From the human T2T-CHM13v2.0 reference genome, Homo sapiens, in the NCBI RefSeq assembly GCF_009914755.1, contig NC_060932.1: a DNA stretch of 64,000 bases; one strand, given 5' to 3'. A program made the translations under genes and the position numbers. How positions within the stretch are numbered: position 1 is the first letter of the stretch; each line of letters starts with the position of its first letter. Under the pieces are notes generated by a model. The model was given only the letters and a program-made list of their open reading frames with translations, searched no databases and was not told the origin of the DNA. This document shows positions 1 to 20,233 of the stretch, piece by piece.

Positions 1-251
1 TGTCAGGCACCAAGCTAAGGGTTTTATATACCTTCTTTCTTATAATTCTCATGCCAAAGCTTGGAATTCTTCTTCTTATTTTGCAGATTTATACACTGAG
101 GTTTGAGGGTTTAAATAACAGAGTTAGTAAATGACTGAGCCAGGATTCAAATACAGATATGTCTGACTGCAAAGGCCATTTTCTCAAACCACTATGCTAT
201 ACTCTAGTGTATATGCAGAATAATACTCATTCTAAAGAAGGAAGCATTGTT

Positions 252-716
<465 letters not shown>

Positions 717-784
717 TCACAACAGGAGATGGTGAGATCACAGAAAACATATCCAGAATATTATTATCCCTTAATAATAATGAT

Positions 785-1000
785 TAATAGCTACCATTAA
801 CTGAGTGTCCAGTATAGGCCTGGCACTTTATATTTGTTATTTTATTTAACTATCACAATCTCCCTGTGAGGTAGGGATAATCATACCCATTTTTTAGGTG
901 AGGAAACTGAGAATTAGAGAAATTAAATAACTTTCCCCAGTCTCACACAGTTGGCAGATAGTAAAATGAGGCTTAAATCCAAATCTAAGTGACTTGAAAC
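785..1000 (-). mobile_element. MIR SINE fragment
   Basis: MIR core-like cccatttttt-aggtgaggaaactgag...aaataacttt-cccag-tcacacag. Confidence 0.7.
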
Positions 1001-1464
1001 CCCACACCTCACTTACCTTAAGATGCATTCCTGACCCATGGAAACTGCTTAATATATATTGAGCACATGAATAAATAAAGGACCATGAATAAACAGTGGC
1101 TGGAATGGAGCATGTATCTGTTATGTAATGCCCATGTTGGCCTTGATTAGAAGCTCTTAAAAACAAATGAGTAACAAATACATGTTTTGTTTTGCTCCAA
1201 AAGGTATAACTGGGACAGATCAGTGGAAATTGCAGACTTCCTGTGGCTTCCTGTACAGGAACCTGGCTTCAAAGAGTCCATTGCCTGAATGACCTTCAAT
1301 TCTGTGATTCAGAGATTCTGTGAGAGTCTGTGTCTCTACAGAGGGATAATAAGGGAAAACATTCCCACAGTGAGAGCTGCCTAGTAAAACAGTGAGCTAC
1401 CCATTTTGGAAGATGTTCCAGGTACATGACTACATGCCAGAAATGCTGAATAAGAAATTATTAA

Positions 1465-1932
1465 ATTGTGTGGTGTAGAAGGTTGTTTGGAAAATGGCTG
1501 CAGTTATTCCCTTTCCTTTATTCATTCTCCTTTGCAAGATGACTCTTAAGCTCCTCCCATTGAGAGATGGTATTTCCCCAACCCTTGAATCTGTGTTGGC
1601 CTTGTGACTGGCTTTGCCCAAAAGAATGCAGCAGAAGACATTTCATGCCAATTCTAAGTCTAGGCTTCAAAAGGCCTTGCATAGTTTCAATCTCCTTTTT
1701 GAAACCCTGAGGCTGCCAAGTGAACAAACTGTAGCTAGACTAGCCTGCTGGAGGATTAGAGGCTACATGGAAGAGAATAGAAATGTCCCAGTGAATAGTT
1801 AGCTAACCTCTAGAAGCAGAACCACCTAGCTGCCTTGTAGCTCACCACATATTCATGGGCAAGCTCAGTGGAGACCAGAAGAACCAACTAGTTGACCCAT
1901 AAACTCAAGGGCAATAAGAAATGGTTGCTGCA
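1465..1932 (+). mobile_element. MaLR LTR (MLT1-type)
   Basis: ctcctcccattgagag...ccccaacccttgaatctg...ccttgtgactggctttgcccaaaagaatgcagcagaag and 3' aataagaaatggttg. Confidence 0.75.
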
Positions 1933-3569
1933 TGATTCTCATAAGCACCTCCTGACATGAAGGGAAGATAAAAGGAATGCCTGATGTCCCTGTCAGAATA
2001 GTTCATGCCACTATCATCTGCCTGTATGTCAGAAGGCCTCCAGGGGCTTTCCTTAATGGACATAGCAACATCCAACATTAATTGGGCATCTTACTACTTG
2101 CCAGGAAATAGTCTTAGTGTTTTGCATAAATTAATTCTTAAGCCTCACAACGAGCAGCGAAAAATTGATTATTGTTATGAAACTGATTTCACAGATATAG
2201 AAACCATGTCAGAGAACTTAAGGAACTTACCTAAGGTACAGAGTTAGTAAATGCCCAGCCCAGTATTGGAACCCAGAAAGTCTAAAGCCACAGTTCTTGC
2301 TATTAGCCACACCACATTGCCTCCTGCTAGTCGTCCTAAGGGGAAGGTTGTGTGCAGGAACTATACTTGCACTCACAAAACCTAGTAGTTGTATTTCCTG
2401 ATTATTTTCACCAGGCTTTCTTTGCAGAGTCTGGGATGTCACCAAATATCTTGTTCATGTTCCACGCTTCTCCCACCTGAAAGTCATTTTCTTACTGCCT
2501 GTTTCTGAGTAATCTCACTATTAAGCTTGAAACCTAGAATCTATGATCAGGAGAAATGTTTTAAAAGACTCATTACCAAAAACACAGGAGCAAGTAGAAG
2601 AAACACTCCTTTTCCAAAAGAGAATTAGTTCTCCAGTATGAGAGTTTCCATTCTATTCACAGTTGGAAATGCGTGTAAATCAGGTTTAAGAAACATATGA
2701 GATGGGCTTATGCGAAGGCCTTAAGTAGGGAATCAAATGCTAAATGAAATGTTAAAAGCAGGTTTAATAATCATGCCTGACATCCAAGATGGGTCAGTTT
2801 TTTTTTCTCCTAGATATAGTTTCCCTGAAGCTCAAGATAATTACAAAATGTCTTAAATCCCTGTTTTTCTTATTGAATACAATGGACTGCCAACATTTCA
2901 ACTACAGTTAAACCAGCCCAACAGGAAAAAAGCCAAGGAATGTGTCTATTCCAACATTTTCTGCAAAGTCTGGTAGTATATAGCTCTCTGTTTTGAGAAA
3001 TCTTAAATGGAAATTCCATTTACAAAACTGGATGAAACATGACCAACCTATATATACTTTTCTAGAAATTTCTTCTGCCTTATCTAATTTCCCCATTAGA
3101 GGAGGCAGTATCACTTACTTCCCTGCCATTGTGGGTTTTTTCCCAGATACCTCTTGGGGCCCTGGTGCAGTTCTCCCCACCCCTAACGCACACACACAGA
3201 GTACAGCTTAGTAATTGTTGACTTAATTAATGTGGGGCAGTGGGAAGCCCCTAGGACCCCCATACCCACCCCCCGCCCACTGCTAGGGATTTGACCACTG
3301 CCTCTAGGCAGAGTAGTGTCAGTGCCTGTGTGTCTGCACAGACCTTGCTTTTATTTCACCCACTATGTAACTGATGTTTTAGGAAACTCTGGTAATTTCA
3401 ACTCCCTCTTGCCCATGGCTTTTTAAGGCCCAGATAGGAGCCCCCAACCCCTTCCACCCTTTAAATTAACCACCAGACTCTTGAAAGCAAGATGTCAGTC
3501 TCGTTCTGGGAAGTTTTCATGGAATCCTTCCTGCCCCCTCCTCCCCTCCCCTCTCCTCTCCTTTCCTTT

Positions 3570-4780
<1,211 letters not shown>

Positions 4781-6114
4781 TACCATTGTTGTTTTTACCT
4801 TTGTGTATTTATTTCATTTTTGCCTTTTGCTTTTGTGTATATACTATACTGTGAAATTTTCCTATTTTCCTCCAACGTGTTTTCATAAAATCATGCATGA
4901 TTGATGTGAAAGAAAGGCAACAGTCTCCTTTCCACATCAGACTCCCACTTATTCCATGCAGCCATAAGGGACCCAAAGTTAATAGTTTCTTATACTGGCT
5001 TGGAAATAGGTATTCTATCTCCCTTCTCTATGTCTGTCCCTCCCATTATATTCCAGTCTCACCCAACTCAAGCCTAGACCTGCCAATTGTGTGTTTTTTT
5101 TTAACTTAAGAAAATTTTATGTAGGAAGACATACTGTAACTTTCAGTTTGTCTTATAACTATAGTAAGACCATAGAATGGCTTTTACAATCTCAGATGTC
5201 TCTAGTTGTTAAACGTCCCATATAATTCTCCTATTGTCATTTATGTTACAATGAATTTGTTAATCAAATTAAAGACAACATTTGTTCTATCCAGAGTTCT
5301 TACTAAGATAGAAATATTTTATAAATAAGATTCTTGTTTAAATCATCTCTCTCTCTTGAATATTATCTTTAAGATTATAATCCATTCAATTTGAGCAAAA
5401 GTATAATTATTTTAGTTACGGCCATGTTTTAAAATTAAAAATAAAAGTGATCATCCAAAATTACATTTAAAAAGAGTCAAGACTGACCCATGTTTTTATT
5501 GTGAATTAAGTTGTTCATTAGTAGAGTTACTTGGAGGCTGAATCCACATTGAGGAGAACTCAATTCTACTTTCAGACATGGCAGTGTGGGGAAAAATCCA
5601 ACCCAGGGAAAGAGGATAATGAAGAGGACCGTTTGATGAAAAGAAATTCTTCATCATTAATGGAAAAGGTGGAGGGCCAGGCCGAGCAACGAGAGAGAAG
5701 TTTCCTCTTCCCACAAATTCTTCCTTTGGCAGCAAGGAACTCTGGATTGGAGAAAGGAGTGGAGGGACAAAAGCTGGCAGGGCTTACCTGGTTTGAAGAT
5801 CTCTGCAATAAAGATCTTCCATGTACATGGGCTGCTCAGGGTTCCATCTCCCCTCAAATAAATAAATGAATAAATAAATAAATACATAGTTTTAAGTTTT
5901 GTCAAATTTATGCATACAAAAGTTAACTAGTAATACAAGGTTTATTATTCAAAAAATATATGTCAGCAACCTCCTATTCCACCATTTTCCCTTTCAAAGG
6001 AGAAATCAATTAAACTCTTCTAGATGTTATTAACTGCCTCAAAACTCATCTGAAATACCCAACTTCCCTGGTCTCCACTATATTATTTTCCTCCATTCAA
6101 GAAGAGTGAATTTT

Positions 6115-6257
6115 GATTGTGAGGTTCTTAAACTTATACAATTTTGAGACCTTTTTAAAGAAAAAGAATGTAAGATTCCAAAATATCAAATTAGATAGAG
6201 CCTTGGAAAGGTCCCTGATGCTTAAGCTTCATTATTCATAGTACATCTGCTTCTGCC
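6115..6257 (-). mobile_element. MER53-like hAT MITE
   Basis: ggtccctgatgcttaagcttcatt...acatctgcttctg resembles the MER53 terminus. Confidence 0.55.
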
Positions 6258-6696
6258 TTCAAGTGAGAACATACAAGATCCTTTGTATTAAATTATCCCA
6301 TTGCTGCCTCTAAACCATCTCCCCATCCACATACCATGTCGAGATCACCAAATCTCTCAATAATTTGACATTCAAGTAGCTCCCCAAAGCCCACCTCCTC
6401 TATAAAATCCGTTCTATTGAATTGAAATATAGTCATATTTCTTTAATTTCACTTTCTCTAAAAATTTAACTCCATGTTTTCCTTCACTTATCAACCTATG
6501 ATACTACTTATCCCATTGTGCTTATTTTTTGTATTTCTTTTTCCCTAGCTTTATTAAGGTAGAATTGGCAAATAAAAATTGTGTATATTCAAGACATACA
6601 ATGTGATAATTTGATATACATAAACATTGTGAAATGATTACCACAATCAAGTTAATTAACACATTCATCACCTTACATAGTTACCATTTTGTGGTA

Positions 6697-6697
6697 T

Positions 6698-6739
<42 letters not shown>
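6697..6739 (+). repeat. (TG)n microsatellite
   Basis: Direct reading. Confidence 0.95.
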
Positions 6740-6741
<2 letters not shown>

Positions 6742-6846
6742 TGAGACACTTAAGATCTACTTTCTTAGCAAATTTCAAGTATATAATACAGTACACAACT
6801 ATAGTCACCATGCTATATATTAGATCCCCAGAACTTATTCATCTTA

Positions 6847-7142
<296 letters not shown>

Positions 7143-7635
7143 CCCAGAACTTACTCATCTTACAACTGAAATTTTTTCTCCTTTGACCAACATCTTCCCA
7201 TTTCCCCCATCCCCCTAGCGACCACCTTTCTACTTGCTGCTTCTGTGATTTTGACTTTTTTAGATTCCACATATAAGTGAGATCTTACAGTATTTGTCTT
7301 TCTGTGTCTGGCTTATTTTACTTGGTATTACGTCCTCCAGGTTCATCTCTGTTGTTGCAAATGGCAGGATTTCCTTCTTTTATGGCTGAATTATATTTCA
7401 TTGTATACTTACATCATGTTTTCTTTATCCATTCATCTACCAACAAATGCTTAAGTAGTTTCTATATCTTGGCTATTGTGAATAATGCTATAATGAACAT
7501 GGACGTGCATATATCCTTTCAACATACTGACTTCAGTTCTTTTGGATATATAACCATAAGCATGATTGCTGGATTATATGGTAGTTCCATTTTTAATTTT
7601 TTGAGGAACCTCCATACTGTTTTCCATATAGCATA

Positions 7636-10296
<2,661 letters not shown>

Positions 10297-11045
10297 CACT
10301 AATTTACATTCCCACCAGTAGTGTGCCAAGTTTCCCTCTTGTCCATATCTTGCCAATATTTATCTCATCATGTTGATAATAGCCATCCTAAGAGGTATAA
10401 GATGTATCTCATTGTGGTTTTGATTTGCATTTCCCTGATGATTAGTGATGTCGAGCATCTTCTCATATACTTATTAGCTATTTGAATGTTTTATTTGGTA
10501 AAACATCTACGCAGGTCCTTTGCCTATTTTTTAGTTATTTGTTCTTTGGTTGGTTTTGTTTTGTTTTTTGTTTGTTTGTTTTGTACTTTTTGCAATTAAG
10601 TTGTATGGGTTTCTTATATATTTTAGATATTAACTTCTTATCAGATACGTAGTTTGCAAATACTTTCTCCCAGTCCATAGGATTGCCTTCCCATTCTGTT
10701 GATTGTTTCCTTTGCTGTACAGAAGCTTTTTAGTTCGATGTAGTTCTACTTATGTAAGTTCGCTTTTGTTGTCTGTGCTTTTGATGTCATATCGAAAAAA
10801 ATTATTGCCAAGACCAATGTCAAGGAGCTTTTCCCTTATGTTTTCTTCTAGGAGTTTTACAGTGTTGGCTCTTATATTTAAGTCTTTAATCCATTTCAAG
10901 TTAATTTTTTCACATTGTATAAGAAAAGGGCCCAATTTCATTTTTTGGCATGTGGATGTCTAGTTTTTTCAACATCATTTATTGAAGAAACTATCTTTTC
11001 CCCTTTGTACATTCTTGGTGCCCTTGTCAAAGATTAGCTGATTTT

Positions 11046-11188
11046 ATATATATATATATAATATATATAATGTATATATATATAATATATATGTATATAT
11101 ATTATATACATGTTATATATATTATATATTATGTATATTATATATAATATATACATAATGTATATAATATATATATATTATATATATA
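11046..11188 (+). repeat. Degenerate (TA)n low-complexity tract
   Basis: Direct reading. Confidence 0.95.
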
Positions 11189-11527
11189 GGCTTATTTCTG
11201 AGCTCTCTCTACTGTTCCATTGGTCTGTTTTTATACCAGCATCATACTGGTTTGATTACTGTAGCTTTGTAATACAGTTTGAAATCAGACAGTGTGATGC
11301 CTCTAGTTTTGTTCCTCTCTCTCAAGATTGCTTTGGCTAGCCAGGGTCTTCTGTGGTTCCATATGACTTCTAGGATTATTTTTTCTATTTCTGTGAAAAA
11401 TGTCACTGAAATTTTGATATAAATTGCATTAAATCTATGAATTGCTTTGAGTACTATGGACATCTTAACAATATTAGTTATTCTAATCCATTTGTTTTTA
11501 ATGTAATTTTAAAAATCAGAGTTATTA

Positions 11528-13262
<1,735 letters not shown>

Positions 13263-14204
13263 AAAAATCAGAGTTATTAGCAGCCCATGAACCACAATTG
13301 GTATAAAGTTACTTCTGCACATCAAAGAAAATTAATTTAGCTATTGTCTAAATTACTAAATTGGGGCAAAAAGCCCTTTTCTAGATGCTACAAGCTTTAT
13401 AAAGGGAAAATACTATTTCGAATATTCGACTTAACATGGCTGCTTTGGTTAAAAAAAGGATAACATATTAAATATTTAAAATGACCAGATGGTAGGTTTG
13501 AATCCACTGAAAACAAACCCAGCAGGGCAAACTCACAGGCACAAAATGTAACTCAAAGCATTAATAGAGCTGAGGCTGTTTTTCTTTAGCATTATGAATC
13601 TCTTATTTGCAATGACTATACCAGAGCTCCAAAGAGGCAGTCTTATACATCAAACTGTCATTAAAATATGTGGCTCTTTCCTGCAGTGTCATGTTACTAC
13701 TGCACTGAAAATTTTATTTTTCCAGTAACACTGGAGGTAGTAATTAGAAGGTCTATTATTTCTGGCCAACCATAATGGATACAACCATAATGGACACAAC
13801 CCAAAGGTTAATTGCTGTGCTACAAACACTGCAGCAATTAGCTTTCAGAGTAGGGAGTGACAGGGAATGTATTTCAAGTGAAAGTTAGTTTTTAAATAGA
13901 AACTATCCTCTACGTCATGCGCATAAACTTCCCTAAATTAAGTCAGTGCATGATCAAATTCACAATGTTACATGGAGGGAGTGAAGCCATGGTAGAGCTT
14001 TCAAGGGTTAGGGAAAGAAGTATTAGGGAGAGAACTTCATGAGGGAAGGGGTTCATACCACTGGAAGTTCTAACTGCTTCCTCCCAAGTTCCTCTTTGCT
14101 TCTGTACTCTTCTATGCCTCTGCTCAGCCCAGCCTCCTCCAGCTGGGGTCCCTCTACTGCTGTTTGTTCCTCAAACTGCTAATGTCTCAGCATCAGGTCA
14201 GTGG

Positions 14205-14780
14205 CCACAAGCCGGCCTATCCCCCAGTATGTGTACAGGGCCCAGGCAGGAGTACAAAGGAGGACACCATGCTATATGTCTACATAGCTAAAATTCATAT
14301 ATCAAACTAACAAACTGCTACTTGAAATATGTTCTATCCTCCTACCTTGAAAAAATGTACCTTTATAAAGACAGAAATGTTTTTAATGTGTAAAGCTATG
14401 TTTTAATGAGTAGGCAAAATATCAGAAGTAGATAAATTCAATTATTATGGCACGTGTTTGCATAGTCCGGTGATAGGCTGGAGATGTTTGGGTAAGTAAT
14501 TAAATAAAAACTTACACAGTTTACAAGTTACATATTTACCCCTGTGAAATTTACTTTCTTCCCTTCATTTTAGCAAAATCCCTTAATTATATTGTCATAA
14601 TAAAAATTTTCATATAGTCAGTCTTCTATGAATACTAATGCCAAATTACATAACTTTTCTGAATTATTGCAGCTCTTGGGATTTTTCAACTCGATTTTAA
14701 CTTGGAGAAACTTTGCTCTGCTAAGGCAGTAGCAACTGGAATTATCAATAAAATTCTTAAAGTCATACCTATTTTTAAAA
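14205..14780 (-). mobile_element. hAT (Tip100-like) DNA transposon remnant with transposase C-terminus
   Basis: - strand peptide ILLIIPVATALAEQSFSKLK (in ORF 14686-14958) resembles the hAT dimerisation motif (P.T....ERSFS.L). Confidence 0.65.
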
Positions 14781-14789
14781 ATGAGAAAT

Positions 14790-17030
<2,241 letters not shown>

Positions 17031-17484
17031 AGTCTGTTTCTTCTACTTTTGGTCACCACTGTCCCCTAGCATCAGCCCAGAGGAACAATGCAAAGAGAAA
17101 GAGAAGGAAAATGAGGAAAACCGTCAGATAGTTCCATATTTACAGATGAAGAAACTAAAGAGGATCTGAATAATTTGCTCAAGTTCACACAGCAAGTAAA
17201 TGCTGGAGCTAGGTTTTGAACCCAGGGATTTTGAACTCCAAAGTTTGTGTTCTTAATCTCGTACCATTGGGATGAAATTGTACAGTGAAAGACAAGCGAT
17301 GATATAGATGATTGCCTAAGTATTCCAAATCCATCCTGACAAAAAAAAAATCATTCTAGTTCATCACTGCTCACTATATAATTAAATACAATGAAAAATA
17401 AAACAGGCTTTATTTACTTCTGTATAAATCAACTTACTACAATTTTTCCTTCCAAATAATGGAACAAGTATTCACTTGAATTTC

Positions 17485-17567
17485 AAAACTATCGTTTTCA
17501 AATGATACTTTAAAAGTATCGTTTTCAAACGATATTTTAAAAAGTATCGTTTTTAAATGATACTTTT
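17485..17567. repeat. Three tandem copies of a 27-28 bp self-palindromic unit
   Basis: aaaactatcgttttcaaatgatacttt / aaaagtatcgttttcaaacgatatttt / aaaagtatcgtttttaaatgatactttt. Confidence 0.9.
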
Positions 17568-18719
17568 AGTGATACTTCACTGCCTGGTAGTCACTAGAGC
17601 CTGATCACAAAAAGATCTCATTAAGTTCGTAGAAACTGGAGAGAAATAGTCTTCCAATGTAGAAAATTAGAAATTTAGGGGAAAATATTCTTCCTACATA
17701 GAAATTTATTCTGCAATACATCAACTATCCAGCTCTTAATGATGTTAATATTTCTTCATCACTACCTGTCTCCCAACATCAGTAAGCTTTTGATAAAACT
17801 GGGGAGGAATTCCCCACTCCAAATTCGTCTTTCCCCACAGATTCCAAAACTCTTACTCTGGTTGTTCAGGGTTGTCCTTCTAGGTATGGAAATATGACAT
17901 TCCTTTTCTGCAACAGGATGATTTATCTGACAAGAATAGCCTCCATCTACAAGTTACTTTGCATTTTTCAAAGTACTTCTACAAGTTCATTTGCTTCTCA
18001 TACTATTCTGCCTGTTTCATAGGAGGGCCTTACAGGTTAGGTGTAAACACTTGTAACGAACTTGGCACTATTTGACTTACAGCCAGTGCTCAATTAACGT
18101 TAACCATCATTACAACTATTGTCATTCCTATATTGTGAGGAAACTATGCCCCTTAAAGATTAGGGTAATTTATCTAATATCTATGACAGAGTTGGTACCC
18201 CAAACTAGGTTGATTTCTACAGCAGTTCAACTTCCTATTAGGGTTTGTATCAATAAAACTGTGGGACCCGCCAGGGCTGGAATCCCACTGCTACCTGAGC
18301 ATCCAGTTGGTGACCAGGCTCCCCGAATTAATAAAAGTATTTGTTGTTGTTTTTATAGCAGTTGTCCAGGAAGTATCTCCTTTCGAACTCAAGTCACTTG
18401 GGCAATTGGCTTTACAAAGCAAATTGGCTCCGTTTAAGGATTCTTGACTCCTGAAATCCGCAAGGAAGTGGGTTCTTTTAGAGCCAGCGCCAAGAGCTTC
18501 AAAAAATCCTTCTAAGGTGAACCCCTCCGGACCCGGATAGCGAGATGGGGCTCAGCCTTGCGCCTCGGGGGTCGTAACAGACGGCAAGGTGGAGGTGGCT
18601 TCCCGGCCCCGCAGCCGGACCTCGGCACCCCGAGCCCGTTCACCGGGGCCGGGTCCTGGCGGGCCGCGGAGTGAGGCCGGGCGGCGCAGCGCAGGCGGTG
18701 CCCGGGCGCAGGGCCAGTC

Positions 18720-18759
<40 letters not shown>
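18720..18759 (+). repeat. Pure (CCG)13 trinucleotide repeat
   Basis: Direct count of cgc x13 at 18721-18759. Confidence 0.97.
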
Positions 18760-18763
<4 letters not shown>

Positions 18764-18944
18764 CCGGACCTGCCCGCCCGACCTGGCGGCGCAGTCTCGC
18801 GGGATCGCTCAGCTCTCGCTCCCCGTGCGGCTCTCGAGGCAGCTCCAGTCCCGGACGCAACCCCGGAGCCGTCTCAGGTCCCTGGGGGGAACGGTGGGTT
18901 AGACGGGGACGGGAAGGGACAGCGGCCTTCGACCGCCCCCCGAG
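18760..18944 (+). other. FZD6: FZD6 non-coding exon 1 (5' end uncertain)
   Basis: Consensus donor CGAG|GTGAGG at 18944/18945 inside the CpG island; the TSS cannot be read from sequence. Confidence 0.8.
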
Positions 18945-19904
18945 GTGAGGCTTCCACGGCTGGGACTGGGCAGGGGCCGGGCGGGTGCCGGGGGAAGCGG
19001 GGAGGGCCTCGAGGGGCGAGGGGCCGCGGCTGGGATGAGGCGCGCCGGGAGCCGCAGGTGCTGGGGAGGCAACGGCGGGACGGCCCGCACCTGAGTTTCC
19101 TCGGAAGCGGGAACCGGCTCTGAAAGGCGATGCCGGGGCCCCGCGGCGCCGCGCAGGCCAGGAACGCTGCTGTCTGGCTCTAGGCCTGGGGCAGGTGCCC
19201 GGGTGTGGGGCGCTGGCGGACCGGGCATCAGTGTGTGTTGGGGCGCGGGTAATTCGTAATCCGGGGCCTACAGCCTTCCTCCCGCAAGGGGACTGCCTTC
19301 GCCCTTCCCCCGGGACAGATTTGCGCACTTTCCTTTCGACGGCAGCACTACACCCTCCTAGCCAGTGAAAACTGCAATGTTGCTCCTCCACTGGAGGAAT
19401 CCTAAAAGTCTCCCTCTAGTTGGCCTTACGAAAAGCGAGAAAACTACATACCCAGAAGACTGCCACAAAAACTGACTCTTCAGAGTCTTTTACAAGTTTA
19501 AGAACTCTTTGGGTCTTAAGGAATTTCCCAGGGCCTTAGTTTTCTTGTACTTAATAAGCTTTCCAACAGGGGCCCTTAGATTGTATGCTTATATTAATCC
19601 TTTATAATTTACTCCGAATCACCAGCTTTCCTTTTTTCCTCCATCTTACTCTTGCCATTCCCTCTTTTTAACCCTGTCTTCCATACAGCACCAACCTCCT
19701 AGCATCGGTTTCCTAGAGGTGCAGCTTCCTTAGCAAATGATATATTCCATGCTAAGGCAGGTGGAAGAGTATCTCGTTAGGACAGAATTTTCCGTTGTTT
19801 TTCCAGTGTTTGTTACCTGGGGTGAAAATCTTAACTCTGCACTTTGACTCCACATTTGAGTTTATGACAAATGTTGCTGATACACCCTCCTTTTGTTTTT
19901 ACAG

Positions 19905-20056
19905 TAATTGACCCAGGACTCATTTTCAGGAAAGCCTGAAAATGAGTAAAATAGTGAAATGAGGAATTTGAACATTTTATCTTTGGATGGGGATCTTCTG
20001 AGGATGCAAAGAGTGATTCATCCAAGCCATGTGGTAAAATCAGGAATTTGAAGAAA
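19905..20056 (+). other. FZD6: FZD6 exon 2, 5'UTR part
   Basis: Acceptor ctccttttgtttttacag|TAATTG at 19904/19905. Confidence 0.9.
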
Positions 20057-20233
20057 ATGGAAATGTTTACATTTTTGTTGACGTGTATTTTTCTACCCCT
20101 CGTAAGAGGGCACAGTCTCTTCACCTGTGAACCAATTACTGTTCCCAGATGTATGAAAATGGCCTACAACATGACGTTTTTCCCTAATCTGATGGGTCAT
20201 TATGACCAGAGTATTGCCGCGGTGGAAATGGAG
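20057..20233 (+). CDS. FZD6: FZD6 coding exon (exon 2, aa 1-59): signal peptide and start of the cysteine-rich domain
   Basis: ATG at 20057 gives [32 protein letters not shown]...AAVEME, recognised as the Frizzled-6 N-terminus; donor GAG|GTGAGT after 20233; 177 nt. Confidence 0.98.

Larger units (their letters stand above)
18520..19340. promoter_or_regulatory. CpG island / FZD6 promoter
   Basis: Abrupt GC- and CpG-dense segment with GC-box-like GGGCGG/CCGCCC motifs, ~0.6 kb upstream of exon 2. Confidence 0.95.

Noticed and set aside
5531-5869. 112-aa ORF in a purine-rich unique segment
   Set aside because: TTG start, no recognisable domain or splice context
13319-13327. TCF/LEF motif ACATCAAAG as Wnt feedback element
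   Set aside because: Isolated 9-mer, also present inside Tigger1 (~10062); not distinguishable from chance
13767-13801. Short tandem duplications (15 bp here; 22 bp at 44012-44055; similar at ~46440 and ~48541)
   Set aside because: Ordinary slippage micro-duplications with no functional cue
17485-17567. CRISPR-like array (palindromic ~28 bp repeats)
   Set aside because: No spacers, no cas genes and primate context; kept only as a tandem palindrome
18552-19391. Long ORFs over the CpG island (279, 150, 119 and 109 aa)
   Set aside because: Stop-poor GC-rich sequence, non-ATG starts, low-complexity R/A/P/G content; no recognisable protein
20141-20155. Internal acceptor gttcccag|ATGTATG giving a signal-less form starting at Met33
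   Set aside because: Weak pyrimidine tract; cannot be supported from sequence alone
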